Notes: generated by a model not told the origin, from the sequence alone. A stretch of 64,000 nt of DNA from Marispirochaeta sp. (GCA_963676835.2 CAXXFF010000002.1:1472001-1536000), one strand, 5' to 3'. Positions 55,106 to 64,000 are shown, counted from the first letter of the stretch. A program made the numbers and translations.

Positions 55106-56346
55106 TGCCGGAACCAGGGTACTCCCAGCTTAAAATAATAGCGAACTACCATTGACGGAAGTTCATCGCTGAAACGGATGCCCATGTCTACACCGGCATG
55201 CATGGTAAGCCCAAAGGGAAATTTAAAAGGACTGTGGGTGTCATTTCCACGCTGCATTTCTTCCCGGGCATTCGGGCTGTAGGGGCGCCTGTCGATACCG
55301 AGAATATAGGTGTCCAGCTGCAAGATTATTTCATGATAGGGATCCATATTTTCCAGGCTGACATAAGGGTCGTATTGTCCGTACTCATAGCCAAGAATTA
55401 GTCGGAAGGATCCGTTTTGGTAAAAATCTTCCCGATTGGCAGATACTATATTAGCAGATAGCCAGTCTTCCATGAATTCCTTATCCCGAGCGCTTACATC
55501 ATACATGTGGTTCATAAAATAGAACCAATCGGTTCCAACACTGAAACTGATTAATCGGGAGTTGTTAATTTCCCATTTAGGTGTGGCAAATATCATGAAG
55601 GGGCCTTTTGTTATGCGTAATGTAGGTGACACAAAGGACAGGTTATCTTCAGGAAATACATCATAGGAGAAAGAGTTCAACAAAGGAAATCCCAGATAAG
55701 AAAAACTTGAATAAGCCGGAATATTTCTGTTTTCCATGGTGAGAATATTGAACGTTCGGATTCGGCTCAGCTTGAAAACCTGAGTTTCTCCAAGGTAAAA
55801 GGATTTATCTCCGAATAATTTCGAAAGATCAAGAACATTTGCCTCATAGCTGGTGTAATCAATGTCATCAACTTGCGTTTGCATGGCTCCAAATTCCAGG
55901 GCATCCAGAAGAACAAGGGAACCATTTAAAGAGTAACTGTCTTCGTTAGTCAGAACCAGCTGGGGGTATGCTGCACGGAAGGCACTTTTCACAGCATCTT
56001 CATCCTCATCATAGCCGGTAAAGAAATCTTCATATCGAAGCAAGGCTTGTCTGTATTCAGCTGATAGAGAAACCGGTCCGATGCCAACCCTGTTCATCCT
56101 GTAATGCATATCCACATCCCAGGAGTAGCGGTCATATTCAATATAATATCTGTTACTGAAATCCGGGCCGACCATTAAAAATGACTGGGTTTCCAGATCG
56201 ACCATCATATTTGAGAGTTTTCCACCCTCGGTAAGGTTAAATAAGCTGAAATAGTCTACGGCTTTTTCGCTGAGAGAGATCTGGGAGAAAACGAGGGTAT
56301 TTGACAAGCACAGAAGGAACAGAAGAAAAAGGCCTCTTTTTTTCAT
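55102..56346 (-). CDS. Hypothetical exported (possibly outer-membrane) protein
   Basis: Signal peptide MKKRGLFLLFLLC; SD AGGAG; beta-rich, aromatic C-terminus. Confidence 0.7.
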   Translation of the reverse strand: MKKRGLFLLFLLCLSNTLVFSQISLSEKAVDYFSLFNLTEGGKLSNMMVDLETQSFLMVGPDFSNRYYIEYDRYSWDVDMHYRMNRVGIGPVSLSAEYRQALLRYEDFFTGYDEDEDAVKSAFRAAYPQLVLTNEDSYSLNGSLVLLDALEFGAMQTQVDDIDYTSYEANVLDLSKLFGDKSFYLGETQVFKLSRIRTFNILTMENRNIPAYSSFSYLGFPLLNSFSYDVFPEDNLSFVSPTLRITKGPFMIFATPKWEINNSRLISFSVGTDWFYFMNHMYDVSARDKEFMEDWLSANIVSANREDFYQNGSFRLILGYEYGQYDPYVSLENMDPYHEIILQLDTYILGIDRRPYSPNAREEMQRGNDTHSPFKFPFGLTMHAGVDMGIRFSDELPSMVVRYYFKLGVPWFRH

Positions 56347-56409
56347 ATTAAACTCCTGTTTGTACTAATGGTAGAATGGTCTATATCTGCTGTCAATGAA
56401 AAAACCGCT

Positions 56410-56590
56410 ATGGGCAATTTTTGTCTGGTACTTATAATTAGTATAGACATACTTTGCCAGGGGATTTGTACTAAGATTTTTCCCTGTGAAGGATTGCACA
56501 GTTTTTATCCGGTTTATGCAGAACGGAACCGAAAAAGCCCTGCTGTTCTCTTCTGTTAAAGCACGGAAGGTGTATGAACTTTTTTCGTGA
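56410..56590 (+). pseudogene. Frameshifted relic of the 3' part of 54668-55105
   Basis: Encodes FFPVKDCTVFIRFMQNGTEKALLFSSVKARKVYE vs FFPVNGHHVYIRFMQNGDEKALLFSSVKARKVYD; 63/72 nt identity (56506-56577 vs 55012-55083). Confidence 0.8.
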
Positions 56591-56634
56591 ACAACTGATC
56601 CTGTGTCAACAGAACTCGGGATATAATGTAGAGC

Positions 56635-56886
56635 ATGGAAATACTTCCCGGTACAGTACATGACCTCCCGGATGATATCAGAAGCCTGCTAACTGAAGAT
56701 ACTGATCTTCTGGAAAAATGGAACAGCCTGACTCCTCTTGCACGTAATGAATGGATCTGCTGGGTTATAAGCGTAAAGAAACAGGAAACCAGGGAAAAGC
56801 ATCTCCTCAGATTGCAGGAAGATCTCCTTGGAGGAAAGATAAGACCATGCTGCTGGCCCGGGTGTTCTCACCGCTTAAGCTTGTAA
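56635..56886 (+). CDS. YdeI/OmpD-associated (OmdA) family protein
   Basis: LPDDI...WNSLTPLARNEWICWV..VKKQETR..RPCCWPGC. Confidence 0.85.
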   Translation: MEILPGTVHDLPDDIRSLLTEDTDLLEKWNSLTPLARNEWICWVISVKKQETREKHLLRLQEDLLGGKIRPCCWPGCSHRLSL

Positions 56887-57374
56887 TCAGAAATAACTTT
56901 TCCCAGAAAAGGGCCTTTCCCCTGAAGAAAATCAAGTACCCGGATAATATTCTTTTCTCTGCTCTCTTCGGTTTTTAACCTGTCTATGTAGCCTGATATC
57001 TCCTTTCTTGCAGACGGATTCATCCTGTAAAAGATTCTTTCTGCTTCCGGATTATTATGAAGGCTCTTCGTCAGAAATGCATTTGTCGGAATGGTCCTGT
57101 CCCGGGGATCAAACCCTACAGATACCGTAATTTGCTCTTCAACCCTCTTTGGGGAATCCTTGAGCATTTTGGTATTGATGTAGAGCCGCCATTCACCTTT
57201 GTACTTTATAAGGGTCTGCAAAAATGGGGTTCCATTGATCATGCCCGAGACGGGTATAGGGCTTTTTTCACATGCTGCTTCCGAGAAAATCCGGGCAAGT
57301 ATTTCATCCGGTATGAATACAAAAGGGTTGATGCCGATTTTATTCAGTTTTGCTGTAAAGATTTTCTGATGCAT
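56868..57374 (-). CDS. DUF1905 + YdeI/OmdA domain protein
   Basis: IGINPFVFIP, PIPVSGMING, WRLYIN, PSARKEI..YI..LKTEESR. Confidence 0.8.
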   Translation of the reverse strand: MHQKIFTAKLNKIGINPFVFIPDEILARIFSEAACEKSPIPVSGMINGTPFLQTLIKYKGEWRLYINTKMLKDSPKRVEEQITVSVGFDPRDRTIPTNAFLTKSLHNNPEAERIFYRMNPSARKEISGYIDRLKTEESREKNIIRVLDFLQGKGPFLGKVISDYKLKR

Positions 57375-57391
57375 ACTGCCCCCTTATGCAT

Positions 57392-57423
57392 GTAACGGCA
57401 CTCCGCTACCGGAGTGCTGTTAC
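57392..57423. terminator. 14-bp hairpin downstream of epoxide hydrolase
   Basis: GTAACGGCACTCCG-ctac-CGGAGTGCTGTTAC. Confidence 0.55.
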
Positions 57424-57439
57424 TTTTCTGTAAACACAC

Positions 57440-58564
57440 TCAATGTTTATGCTCAATTATACCTGCAAATTTATGGATATCATTAACATACACTTCCGGA
57501 ACTGTAACGGCGGCAAAATGGCCGCCTGTGTCGTATTCGTTCCATGATACAATATTTTTATGATCCCTTTCTGCAAAGGATCGGATTGACTGAAAGTCTC
57601 CCTTAAAACCTGCAAAGCCGAGGGGTACGGTACTGGCGGTTGTTGAAAGGTTCGGGCTGTGGGAATCTTCAAAATATAGCCTGGCGGCTGACGCAGCTGT
57701 ATTGGTAAGCCAGTAGATCATGACGTTGGTAAGGATAAACTCTTTTTCCAGCTCCTCTCCAAAAAGTTGTAGATTCCAGGCGAGCTGTCCCACCGGAGAG
57801 TCCGCAAGGGCATGGGCAAGGGTTTGAGGTTGTGTTGACTGGAGCATGCTGAAAGCGCCCATGTTATTCTGCCACCACTGCAGGTATTCCAGTCGGGAAA
57901 ACTCATCTGGTGTCAGTCCTGCCATCTCTTCTGGATCGCCACTTGGAAATGAGAATATCTGGGTAACATGGATACCCGCTGCATGCTCAGGATCAACCTG
58001 ACCCAGTTCAGGTGAAACAAAGGATCCTACATCGTTACCTGCAGCAATATAGCGGGAATACCCCAGACGCGCCATGAGTGCGGCCCATGCCTTTGCTATC
58101 CGCACTCTGTCCCAGCCGCGTTCTTTGGTAGGGCCTGAAAACCCGAATCCCGGCAGGGAAGGAATAATCACATCAAAAGGCAGTGCATCTGAATTCCCGA
58201 ATCGTTCAGGATGTACCAGTCTGTCGATTACCGGCAGAAACTCAATAAAAGACCCCGGCCAGCCATGGGTAAAGATAATGGGTGTAGAATTACTTTTTCC
58301 GCACTTTGCATGCAAAAAATGAATATTCTGCCCGTCTATGGTGGTGGAAAACTGGGGATAAGAATTGAGCTTTTCCTGATTGCTGAACCAGTCGTACGTG
58401 TTCAGCCAGTACTCTGTAAGTTCCTTTACCCGGGATAGTTCAACGCCATACTCGTTTTTCACTCCAGGCAGTTCGTTGGTGAAACGGGTTCTGGAAAGTC
58501 GTTCTTTCAGGTAATTAATCTCATTCTCCGGAATATTGATGGTAAATGGTTTAACGGTGTTCAT
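57440..58564 (-). CDS. Microsomal-type epoxide hydrolase (EHN + alpha/beta hydrolase)
   Basis: THGWPGSFIEF, PSLPGFGFS, GNDVGS nucleophile Asp, DSPVGQLAW, GGHFAA; start ATG 58564. Confidence 0.92.
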   Translation of the reverse strand: MNTVKPFTINIPENEINYLKERLSRTRFTNELPGVKNEYGVELSRVKELTEYWLNTYDWFSNQEKLNSYPQFSTTIDGQNIHFLHAKCGKSNSTPIIFTHGWPGSFIEFLPVIDRLVHPERFGNSDALPFDVIIPSLPGFGFSGPTKERGWDRVRIAKAWAALMARLGYSRYIAAGNDVGSFVSPELGQVDPEHAAGIHVTQIFSFPSGDPEEMAGLTPDEFSRLEYLQWWQNNMGAFSMLQSTQPQTLAHALADSPVGQLAWNLQLFGEELEKEFILTNVMIYWLTNTAASAARLYFEDSHSPNLSTTASTVPLGFAGFKGDFQSIRSFAERDHKNIVSWNEYDTGGHFAAVTVPEVYVNDIHKFAGIIEHKH

Positions 58565-58621
58565 CCTGCTTCTCCTTGTGCTTCCGGTTGTTCTTGACAA
58601 CCTGTTAAGAGAAAGATAAGG

Positions 58622-58652
58622 TTTAAATAGGACATAATTAGACCTATTTAAA
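58622..58652. promoter_or_regulatory. Palindromic operator between divergent epoxide hydrolase and WYL regulator
   Basis: TTTAAATAGG-N11-CCTATTTAAA perfect 10-bp arms. Confidence 0.7.
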
Positions 58653-58677
58653 TTTTTTTGGGAAATAGAAGGTTTTA

Positions 58678-59631
58678 ATGTATCACCCCACCGGCAGAGT
58701 TCTGGCAGTTCTTGAACTCCTGCAAATTCATCCTGGTATTAGTGCTTCCGACCTTGCGGAACGTCTGGAGGTGGATACAAGAACTATTCGCAGGTACATT
58801 GTGAAGCTTGAGGATTGCGGCATCCCCGTTGAAACAATCCATGGCCGACATGGCGGCTATAAACTGCAGCCGGGCTATAAACTGCCGCCTCTGAACTTCA
58901 CCGGGGAAGAGGCGGCGGCTATTATGCTGGGGCTTGCAGGATTTTCCATCCTGCAGCAGGGGCAGTCAACTGAGGCTGCCGATAGCGCCCTGGCAAAAAT
59001 AGGCAGGGTTCTTCCTCTGGAAATCCGGGAAAAATTAAATGCAGTTTCATCCATGGCAGTTATCGGCCCGTCAATACGGGATCAGGCACCGCCGCTGAAG
59101 CAGTTTATTCTTTTATCAACTGCCATAAGTGAACGGCAGGTAGTGGAAATTGAGTATTCCAGTGCTAAAAATTCAGCAGAAAAACGACAGATTGAGCCTC
59201 TGTATCTTGGCGGCAAGGATGGACTCTGGTATATCCTTGCTTTCTGCCGCCTGCGCAACGATTACAGGATTTTCCGCCTGGACAGGGTCAGTAAATTGCG
59301 TGAGACAAGCCTTGTATATAGACCCCATGGTTCATTAAATCCAGCGGAGTATTTCAGGAAACATATTACCGCCTATCCGGGGGAGTGGACCCTTGAAATT
59401 GAGTTTGCCATTGAATATGACTACCTTAAAAAGCGGATTCCTGAGCGCTACGGAAAGCTGGAAAAGATTACCGATCAAAAAACACTTTTCAGGGGACCGG
59501 CTTCCGACCTGGCTGCTGCGGGTAAGTATATAATTTCCTTGAATATACCCTTTCGTGTCCTGGCGCCGGTGGAGTTAAAAAGGGAGTTAAAGAAGATCGC
59601 GAAAGAAGTGTCAGAAATTGCGGAGCTGTAG
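58678..59631 (+). CDS. YafY-family HTH_11-WYL(-WCX) transcriptional regulator
   Basis: LAERLEVDTRTIRRYI, GRHGGYKL, LPPLNFT, WYILAFCRLRNDYRIFRLDRV. Confidence 0.93.
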   Translation: MYHPTGRVLAVLELLQIHPGISASDLAERLEVDTRTIRRYIVKLEDCGIPVETIHGRHGGYKLQPGYKLPPLNFTGEEAAAIMLGLAGFSILQQGQSTEAADSALAKIGRVLPLEIREKLNAVSSMAVIGPSIRDQAPPLKQFILLSTAISERQVVEIEYSSAKNSAEKRQIEPLYLGGKDGLWYILAFCRLRNDYRIFRLDRVSKLRETSLVYRPHGSLNPAEYFRKHITAYPGEWTLEIEFAIEYDYLKKRIPERYGKLEKITDQKTLFRGPASDLAAAGKYIISLNIPFRVLAPVELKRELKKIAKEVSEIAEL

Positions 59632-59734
59632 GAAACAGGAAACCATGGAAAAGCATCTCCTCAGATTGCAGGAAGACATTCTTGGAGGAAAAAGGCGACC
59701 ATGCTGCTGGCCAGGGTGTTCACATAGAAAATAA
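59632..59734 (+). pseudogene. Displaced 3' end of the YdeI gene (direct repeat of 56778-56874)
   Basis: Reads KQETMEKHLLRLQEDILGGKRRPCCWPGCSHRK*; 84/97 nt identical to 56778-56874. Confidence 0.85.
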
Positions 59735-59920
59735 TTGCAGATAGTGCCATCTCGGGCTCCACATCCATGTTCCGGTGATAGTTTATCCTATTCACATAAG
59801 TACAGTGTATTTGAAATCTCGTTCATCATTTAAGATAATTATCGTAGATGAAGCACCCGTCTCTGTAAGGCGGCGGGCTCTGAATAATCCGGGAGTGGTT
59901 GAGAGAACAGCGGGCTTACA

Positions 59921-61075
59921 ATGAGGAATAGAATATCTATAGGCATTATCAACATTTATGTACTCATCTTCTCTCTTCTTCCATTCTTTATCGGAATTGG
60001 TTATTCAATTTACACCAGTCAGAATAAACGATACCTGAGTACGGTTATAAATATTTCCGGTTCTCAGAGAATGAGAACCATGCTGCTCTCGAATTACAGC
60101 CAACAGCTCCATCATGCAGCAGTTGTTGGGGATGGCAGGGATAACATAGATCCTGTTTCTCTGATTATCGAAAATGAGATGAGGAATTACGGTCAGATTA
60201 CCGCTGCTTTACGCTATGGTAACGCTGAACTGAATATTGGCCAAAACCATTTTCTTGAAACAATTCAGGTAATTGATGATTTGGAATTCGCTGTAAGAAA
60301 GTATATCGAAAGCTGCGAGCTGCTTCTTGAGGCCCCGGAAATAAATGAAAATCTTCAGCCCATTACTTCAATGGCGGTATTTTTACGCGATAGATTTGAT
60401 CTCCTTACCTCCCTTTTTCAGCGGGCTAATGACAGGCTTATTCGCAGGCAGTGGATAATAGATATCTCAATGATTATTTTTGCCTTTTTGGTAACGGTTT
60501 ACGGCCTGATCATGACCAGGTCTATTTTCAGACAGGAGTCAGAGCTCAAACAAGCTAAAAAAGAGGCTGAAAGACTTGCAACCCACGATGCATTAACGGG
60601 GCTGCCGAACAGAAGGCTGCTGCAGGACCGGGTGGATACCAGTATTCTCCTTGCAAAAAGAAATAAGATGAAAATTGCTGTCTGCATGATGGATATGGAT
60701 GCGTTTAAAAGCGTCAACGACACCTATGGCCATTTAACCGGAGATGAGTTGTTAAAAGAGACTGCACGCAGGTTCAGGGAAGTTCTTCGGGAACATGATT
60801 CTATTTACAGGTTAGGCGGGGATGAGTTTGTGTGTCTCCTGGTCAATCTGCCGGCAAAAGAGGAGTGCGGGCATATTGTACAGCGGATGCTCAACCGGGT
60901 TCGACAGCCTTTTATTTTGCCTGAAACTGTGCTGAAACCGGCTTTCAGTATGGGTGTTGCCTTCTACCCTGATGACGGTGAAACTTTCGGGGATTTGATA
61001 CGGAATGCAGATCTTGCACTTTACCGGGCAAAGGTAAAAGGGAAAGGCCGGTTCAGCTATTTTGGTGAAGAGTAG
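59921..61075 (+). CDS. Membrane diguanylate cyclase with NarX/PilJ-like periplasmic sensor
   Basis: TM, INISGSQRM P-box-like motif, TM, HDALTGLPNRR, REHD I-site, GGDEF. Confidence 0.9.
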   Translation: MRNRISIGIINIYVLIFSLLPFFIGIGYSIYTSQNKRYLSTVINISGSQRMRTMLLSNYSQQLHHAAVVGDGRDNIDPVSLIIENEMRNYGQITAALRYGNAELNIGQNHFLETIQVIDDLEFAVRKYIESCELLLEAPEINENLQPITSMAVFLRDRFDLLTSLFQRANDRLIRRQWIIDISMIIFAFLVTVYGLIMTRSIFRQESELKQAKKEAERLATHDALTGLPNRRLLQDRVDTSILLAKRNKMKIAVCMMDMDAFKSVNDTYGHLTGDELLKETARRFREVLREHDSIYRLGGDEFVCLLVNLPAKEECGHIVQRMLNRVRQPFILPETVLKPAFSMGVAFYPDDGETFGDLIRNADLALYRAKVKGKGRFSYFGEE

Positions 61076-61172
61076 TCTCAATAGAGATATATCCGTTTTC
61101 TTGTGCAAATTGCATTTCTGTAGCATGATACCATCATTGAAAATTTCTCATTAGAAAAGAAAAGAATACGGT

Positions 61173-61553
61173 ATGGAAGAGCAGACTAAAATTCTAAACT
61201 ACCAGGTTAACCTTCCCGTCCTCGGATTTCGCCGGGTTGCCGATAAATTTCGCTATGTCCCAAAAATCTGTATGCTGACTTTTGCCGGGCTCTTTTTTCT
61301 TGTTATCCTGTATGCATTTTTTAAGAGTAAACTGTATATTCCGCGGTTCGAAGTTTATTGTCTGGTTTTAATGTTTGTCAGTCTGGCGGTCGGATTTTCT
61401 TCAGTCAATATTCCCCGCAGCTGCCCGGAATGCAAGCGGGGTATGCACAAGCTGTTCCCTGACAATGAAGACGCCATCTATTCTTATAAGTATTACTGCG
61501 GTTATTGTAAAGTTTATATAGATACAGAGGTGTACAACAGTGATGGAGATTGA
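61173..61553 (+). CDS. Hypothetical membrane protein with C-terminal Zn ribbon
   Basis: Two TM helices then CPEC...CGYC. Confidence 0.6.
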   Translation: MEEQTKILNYQVNLPVLGFRRVADKFRYVPKICMLTFAGLFFLVILYAFFKSKLYIPRFEVYCLVLMFVSLAVGFSSVNIPRSCPECKRGMHKLFPDNEDAIYSYKYYCGYCKVYIDTEVYNSDGD

Positions 61554-61586
61554 TGTACCAGGACCAATGTACTTTCTGAAACAAGG

Positions 61587-62180
61587 ATGACTAAAATGTA
61601 TAACACTGCAATTCTGCTGTTTAACGGGGTAGAGGTCCTGGACTTTGCCGGCCCCTTTGAAGTGTTTTCGGTAACCTCGGAGCTGAATGATTATAAACTC
61701 TTCAATGTATTTACCATTACCAGAGACGGGCTTGGTGTTAAAACGATAAATAACCTTAAGGTCCTGCCTGACTACAGCATAAAAGATCACCCGCCCATTG
61801 ATATTCTGATAATCCCCGGCGGGGCGGGTACTCGGGTTCTGATACAAGACCAGGCTGTTTTAAACTGGGTTGAGGATATGCATGCAGATACAACAATCAC
61901 TCTCTCTGTCTGTTCCGGTGCGCTTGTGCTGGGGAAGTTAGGGTTGCTGGATAATCTGGAATGCATTACTCACCATGAGGTTATTCCGGTTCTTGAAGAG
62001 ATTGCACCTGCCGCAGTTGTTAAACCGGAGAAACGGTTTATTGATAACGGGAAGATTATGACCTCCGCGGGGATTTCCGCAGGTATTGATTTGTCCCTGT
62101 ATCTGGTTGAGAAGCTTTATGGGGCAGATGTTAAACGAAAAACAGTTGAGTATATGGAGTACGGTAACTGGCGGGAGTAA
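61587..62180 (+). CDS. DJ-1/PfpI-family protein
   Basis: EVLDFAGPFEVF, IPGGAG, SVCSGA catalytic Cys, TSAGISAGID. Confidence 0.92.
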   Translation: MTKMYNTAILLFNGVEVLDFAGPFEVFSVTSELNDYKLFNVFTITRDGLGVKTINNLKVLPDYSIKDHPPIDILIIPGGAGTRVLIQDQAVLNWVEDMHADTTITLSVCSGALVLGKLGLLDNLECITHHEVIPVLEEIAPAAVVKPEKRFIDNGKIMTSAGISAGIDLSLYLVEKLYGADVKRKTVEYMEYGNWRE

Positions 62181-62284
62181 GTAAGCTTCACAATTCCCGC
62201 GCTTATTCGTAGCGGGTTCTATTCCGGCACCAGGGGACAGATGATAATCAGTATGCTCCCCTGATCCCGCTGTTACCGGAGATC

Positions 62285-63349
62285 CTACTGATTTTTACCA
62301 AGGCGTATGCCGAAGCTGTAAAATGCATTATCCGGGGCAGTGTGACTAACGTTGGAAACACGCAAATACAGCGGCTGGTTCATGTAGGACCCCCCACGCA
62401 TATTCATTTTCAATTCGCCGTCTATATATCCATATGCGCCAAAGCAGAACTCCGATACATTTCCGTTCATATCGTAGAGGCCAAGTGCATTGGCACTCCT
62501 GCTGCCCACCTGACATGTTTCATTGTTTGAATTATTGTAGCCGATGGTAACGTCGTTTGTGTATTCTGTATCTCCATCACCATCATAGTCAACGGCACCT
62601 GATGTAACACTGTAGGGGGCATCGGCTCCGCTGGAATAGTCGTTGGGATAATACTCACCGCTTTCGCAGATAGTGCTGTCACCATCCGCATCGTTGATGT
62701 AGCGGGCGGCAAATTCCCATTCGGAGACGCTTAACAGTCTGAAACCGGTTGCAGCAGAAGCGGCTTCAGCATCATCGCAGGTCTCCGAGTTGGAATCACG
62801 CAGGACATTGCCTCCATAACGGTAAACACATTCGTCTGTACTGCCTGTTGCCGCGTTGTACCACTCGGTTAGTGCATTACACCAGACAATGGCATCCCTG
62901 TATGAAATGTTGGTCGCAGGTTCGTCGCAGTCTGCGGAGGGTACGGCGTTATCGATGCCGAGGCTTCCTTCACGTCCTGTATTTGCGAAACTGTACTCTC
63001 CTTCACCGGTACTGCCGCCGGTTCCGGCGGTTGCCCAAGTGCATACGGTATACCAGAGTTCATAGGTTACTTCTGTTTCTCCGACGAAACAGGGCTTATC
63101 AAGAGAGACTATGGTGGTATCGGTATATCCTGTGGGAAATGTTACATCTGCCGGAAGATAGACCATGGTGAAATTGACTTCGGTAGTTTCAACATTTACA
63201 TACTGTCCCGCAGCGTCTGCAGAATCAAAGGTTTCCTCGGTTTTGATCATCTTGAACCCGTTTTCAAGGGGGGCAGCGTTTGAGCATGAAGTGATAATCA
63301 AAAGCAATGAAATTGCAGACCATACTGCAGGACTGATTTTCTTTTTCAC
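62285..63349 (-). CDS. Formylglycine-generating-enzyme (FGE-sulfatase/SUMF1) domain lipoprotein
   Basis: GTG start with SD GGAGG, lipobox ITSC, GETEVTYELW, GFRLLSVSEWEFAAR, NALGLYDMNGNV, RGGS, FGIRL. Confidence 0.88.
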   Translation of the reverse strand: MKKKISPAVWSAISLLLIITSCSNAAPLENGFKMIKTEETFDSADAAGQYVNVETTEVNFTMVYLPADVTFPTGYTDTTIVSLDKPCFVGETEVTYELWYTVCTWATAGTGGSTGEGEYSFANTGREGSLGIDNAVPSADCDEPATNISYRDAIVWCNALTEWYNAATGSTDECVYRYGGNVLRDSNSETCDDAEAASAATGFRLLSVSEWEFAARYINDADGDSTICESGEYYPNDYSSGADAPYSVTSGAVDYDGDGDTEYTNDVTIGYNNSNNETCQVGSRSANALGLYDMNGNVSEFCFGAYGYIDGELKMNMRGGSYMNQPLYLRVSNVSHTAPDNAFYSFGIRLGKNQ

Positions 63350-63422
63350 ATCTTCCTCCGAAAACATGTTTATTCGGATAGAATATGTCAGAGAATTAAA
63401 TCAGTCGTCCGGGTTTTGAAAA

Positions 63423-64000
63423 TCAGGACGTTTTGACTGTGGTTTTCCTGTAGTTTGAAGGGGTCTCCCCGGTCTCTTTTACGAAGGCCGAGTTAAAGGC
63501 TGATTTCGAGTTGAACCCGACTGTGTAGGCAACATCGAGTATTGTCAACTCCGGTTCTTCTGCCAAAAGCCGTTGTGCTTCAGTCAGGCGAAGCCTGTTT
63601 ATATAGCTGCGGAAATTACAGCCGAGATAGTCCTTGAGAATTCGGGACAGCTGGTGGTTCTGTATGCCTAATAATGTACTGAGGGACTGAACGGAGATCC
63701 GGGGATCCCGGAATCCCTGGTCCGAGGACATTATATTTTCCAGCCTGGCGAGTAGGGATGGGACATTTAGTGAGTTCAGAACCGCTGCCTTCTTTTTCGG
63801 AGTCAACCGAACCAGAACAGTTTGCTGGGTGTACTCGGGATAACGGTAACTCATAAAAAAGAAGTAAATTGCATTGATCCCATTGGCCAGGACCGCCAGC
63901 CCCAGCAGTGAGTCGCTTTTTAAAACATGGCCTGCAAAGAAGACAGCAAAAAGTGCAAAGCCGAATCCGTAGAATATAAGTGTTGTCCGGAACCGGCCTT
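63423..64000 (-). CDS. Membrane-anchored AraC-family regulator (5'-truncated by window)
   Basis: Frame is open to the window end with TM segments; C-terminal HQLSRIL..NFRSYINRLR..VGFNSKSAFNSAF..TPSNYR. Confidence 0.88.
   Translation of the reverse strand, partial: GRFRTTLIFYGFGFALFAVFFAGHVLKSDSLLGLAVLANGINAIYFFFMSYRYPEYTQQTVLVRLTPKKKAAVLNSLNVPSLLARLENIMSSDQGFRDPRISVQSLSTLLGIQNHQLSRILKDYLGCNFRSYINRLRLTEAQRLLAEEPELTILDVAYTVGFNSKSAFNSAFVKETGETPSNYRKTTVKTS

Noticed and set aside
56365..56661. ORFs 56365-56661(-) and 56368-56559(+) as real genes
   Set aside because: Better explained as frames crossing the degraded duplicate of 54668-55105
59735..59920. c-di-GMP or other riboswitch upstream of the diguanylate cyclase
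   Set aside because: No GEMM or other recognisable aptamer consensus; only weak hairpins
62180..63349. FGE-sulfatase (CLec-fold) lipoprotein as a diversity-generating retroelement target, with hairpins downstream
   Set aside because: No template repeat, reverse transcriptase or Avd gene is visible in the window; a remote DGR cannot be excluded without a genome search
51200..64000. Integron cassette array
   Set aside because: No recurring attC (RYYYAAC...GTTRRRY) structures or integrase seen, genes are in mixed orientations, and several have their own promoters

Overview
Bacterial chromosomal window. It is probably from an anaerobic Spirochaetaceae-like organism; this is inferred from the lipoprotein, NADase-type glycan-binding, FGE-sulfatase and membrane-AraC gene types, not from a marker gene. 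There are four blocks. (1) 1-6.5 kb: end of a xanthine-dehydrogenase-family molybdo-enzyme locus, with an Fe-S subunit, an NTPase, mocA, a type II ABC importer and carbamate kinase. (2) 6.6-28.6 kb: mixed and accessory genes, including a secreted ankyrin protein, two TA pairs, an orphan sigma54-driven Nif11-like Cys-tailed peptide, alpha-2-macroglobulin/pbpC, a two-component pair and an SH3 lipoprotein. (3) 28.7-51.1 kb: adenine deaminase, divergent from a ~20 kb anaerobic purine/urate catabolic operon (allantoinase-like hydrolase, ygfK, ssnA, ygeY, threonine-synthase-like PLP enzyme, Xdh L/S/M subunits, a second PLP enzyme, 8-oxoguanine-deaminase-like enzyme, ygfM, xdhD, ygeW). The operon has no recognisable ygeX/dpaL and is punctuated by REP-like palindromes. 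(4) 51.2-64 kb: a variable region with an AAA/DUF4143 ATPase, two more TA pairs, two gene blocks each bounded by a duplicated gene 3' end, a WYL regulator/epoxide hydrolase pair, a NarX/PilJ-sensor diguanylate cyclase, a DJ-1 protein, an FGE-sulfatase lipoprotein and a partial AraC regulator. No rRNA, tRNA, CRISPR array, integrase or transposase was recognised. All protein calls come from motif recognition by eye; no database search was run.
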